Shown: piece by piece, positions 57,174-59,114 of the stretch
How positions within the stretch are numbered: the stretch's first letter is position 1
How the letters are laid out: every line of letters begins with the position of its first letter
IMG/VR virus record: IMGVR_UViG_3300042863_001365
Coordinates: 1 to 59,114 of that record
Direction: 5' to 3' (one strand)
Source: a virus
Taxonomy: Duplodnaviria > Caudoviricetes
DNA: 59,114 bases
Program-made: the position numbers and the translations under genes
The notes under the pieces: model-generated
The model's database searches: none
Seen by the model: the letters and a program-made list of their open reading frames with translations, nothing else
Told to the model about the DNA's origin: nothing

Positions 57174-59114
57174 ATGTCAAATGTAATAGAATTTTCTCGC
57201 GATAAAGATACAAGGGATATCATGTCAGATGCCAAATTCTACGAGGGATACTCTCGGTGGAATGATGATAAAGGCAGATACGAAACATGGAATGAAGCTG
57301 TCGAACGTGTTATGAACACACACAGAGAATTTTACAAAAATAAGATGACTCCTGAATTGGAATCACTTATTAACGAAGCTGAAGAATTATACAAGCAAAA
57401 GTATTTCTTGGGTGCCCAAAGAGCGTTACAATTTGGTGGCGATCAGTTGTTAAAGAATCATATGAAACTATATAACTGCACAAGTTCATATGCAGACCGT
57501 ACAGAATTTTTTGGAGAATATTTTTGGATTCTATTAAGTGGTTGCGGTGCTGGTTTCTCTGTGCAACAGCATCATATTGCAAAACTTTCTAACATTCAAA
57601 ATAGAACTAAATCTTCAAAAATTCATGTAATCGAAGATTCTATAGAAGGATGGGCAGAAGCAGTTGATGTATTACTTTCGTCATATTTTGTTGGTGGTGG
57701 TAAGCATCCAGAATTTGAAGGACGTAGAGTATACTTTGATACATCTTCGATCCGTCCAAAAGGCTCAAAAATTAGTGGGGGATTTAAAGCACCGGGTCCA
57801 GAACCGCTACGCCGTGCATTAGATAAAATTGAATATTTGCTTCAAGGTCTAGTTCTAAAAGGTGAAACTAAATTAGCATCTATCAATGTATACGATATTT
57901 GTATGCATATCGCAGATGCAGTTATCAGTGGTGGTGTTCGTCGTGCAGCAACCATCTGTTTATTTTCAATTAACGATGAAGAAATGATGAGTGCGAAAAC
58001 CGGAAATTGGTTTGCAGAAAATCCACAACGTGCAAGATCAAATAACAGTGCAGTTATTGTTAAAAATACTGCAACATACGAACAGTTTGACTATATTATG
58101 CAAAAAGTTAAACAATTCGGTGAGCCAGGATTCGTTTTTGTCGAATCAACTGAACATGCAACCAATCCATGTGTTGAAATTGGTATGTTTCCACAATATA
58201 TTGATGAAAACAAAGTAAGTCATAGTGGATGGCAAGGTTGTAATCTTGCAGAAATAAATGGTGCAAAAGCTAATTCAAAGGAAGAATTCTATAAATCAAT
58301 TCGTGGTGCTGCCATTGTTGCAACTCTACAAGCTGGTTATACTAATTTTAAATTTGTCAGTGAAGTAACTAAAAAAATCTTTGAACGTGAAGCACTTCTT
58401 GGTGTTTCTATCACTGGATGGATGAATAATCCACATGTATTACTTAATGAAGTAGTGCTAAAAGAAGGTGCTGAACTTGTAAAAACTATAAACAAGCAAG
58501 TTGCAAAACTAATTGGCATTAATCCAGCAGCAAGAACTACTTGTGTTAAGCCAGCAGGAAACGCATCTGTTATTCTTAAAACTGCAAGCGGTGTTCATGG
58601 TGAACATTCACCCCGTTATATCCGTAACGTGCAAATGAATAAAGATACAGAAGTTGCACAGCTTATTCGCAAAACAAACCCCTACATGGTTGAAGAAAGT
58701 GTATGGAGTGCAGGAAGAACTGATTATGTTATTTCATTTCCAGTTATTGCACCAATGAGTTCTGTTTTCCGTAAAGATTTGTATGGTCTTAATCTACTTG
58801 AAAAAGTAAAACTAATTCAAAACTCTTGGGTAGAATTTGGAACAGACGAAGCATTATGTGTTGATCCAACGGTTCGTCATAATGTATCAAATACTATTTC
58901 AGTATTGCCAGATCAATGGGAAGAAGTTGGAAAATATATATTTGACAACCGTAAAAGTTTTGCTGGTGTTAGTCTAATGAGTGCATCTGGTGATCGTGAT
59001 TATAATCAAGCACCAAATACAGAAATTCTTACTGAGCAAGAAATTGTTAAAAAATATGGACGTGGTGCTATGTTTGCTTCTGGTTTGATTGTTGACACTT
59101 TTAAAGGTTTCAAT
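57174..59114 (+). CDS. nrdJ: Class II (adenosylcobalamin-dependent) ribonucleotide reductase, 3'-truncated by window edge
   Basis: Translated by hand: RYETW-EAV-RV, YNC, GCGAGFSVQ, SGGVRRAA, GEPGF, TNPCVEI, GCNLAEI, TTCVKPAGNAS; absent from the ORF track because no stop falls in the window. Confidence 0.88.
   Translation, partial: MSNVIEFSRDKDTRDIMSDAKFYEGYSRWNDDKGRYETWNEAVERVMNTHREFYKNKMTPELESLINEAEELYKQKYFLGAQRALQFGGDQLLKNHMKLYNCTSSYADRTEFFGEYFWILLSGCGAGFSVQQHHIAKLSNIQNRTKSSKIHVIEDSIEGWAEAVDVLLSSYFVGGGKHPEFEGRRVYFDTSSIRPKGSKISGGFKAPGPEPLRRALDKIEYLLQGLVLKGETKLASINVYDICMHIADAVISGGVRRAATICLFSINDEEMMSAKTGNWFAENPQRARSNNSAVIVKNTATYEQFDYIMQKVKQFGEPGFVFVESTEHATNPCVEIGMFPQYIDENKVSHSGWQGCNLAEINGAKANSKEEFYKSIRGAAIVATLQAGYTNFKFVSEVTKKIFEREALLGVSITGWMNNPHVLLNEVVLKEGAELVKTINKQVAKLIGINPAARTTCVKPAGNASVILKTASGVHGEHSPRYIRNVQMNKDTEVAQLIRKTNPYMVEESVWSAGRTDYVISFPVIAPMSSVFRKDLYGLNLLEKVKLIQNSWVEFGTDEALCVDPTVRHNVSNTISVLPDQWEEVGKYIFDNRKSFAGVSLMSASGDRDYNQAPNTEILTEQEIVKKYGRGAMFASGLIVDTFKGFN

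Overview
59 kb fragment of a large, AT-rich, distantly T4-related tailed phage. The host is probably an alphaproteobacterium (inferred from GANTC/YGAKTCG motifs in its sigma70-type promoters and a plcP-agt-like gene pair). The left half (1-29.4 kb) is accessory and mostly on the minus strand. It holds cassettes of small early genes, several paralogous mini-protein families, two tRNAs, two ORF-free structured regions (candidate ncRNAs), free-standing endonucleases and a candidate replication origin near 11.4 kb. It also holds a dispersed set of late-promoter genes whose products share an N-terminal MRYxE(I/L)xxE-like tag resembling the T4 capsid-targeting sequence; these include Nudix, ADP-ribosyltransferase-like and papain-like candidates. 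The right half (29.5-59.1 kb, plus strand) is the core: tail-tube-like proteins, head completion nuclease, terminase, gp32 SSB, UvsX/UvsY/UvsW, clamp-loader subunit, miniature DnaE-like protein, primase, helicase, nucleotidyltransferase, virion proteins, exonuclease and a truncated class II ribonucleotide reductase. All assignments come from reading motifs by eye; no database searches or folding programs were run. Several starts were moved from the ORF track to better ribosome-binding sites.
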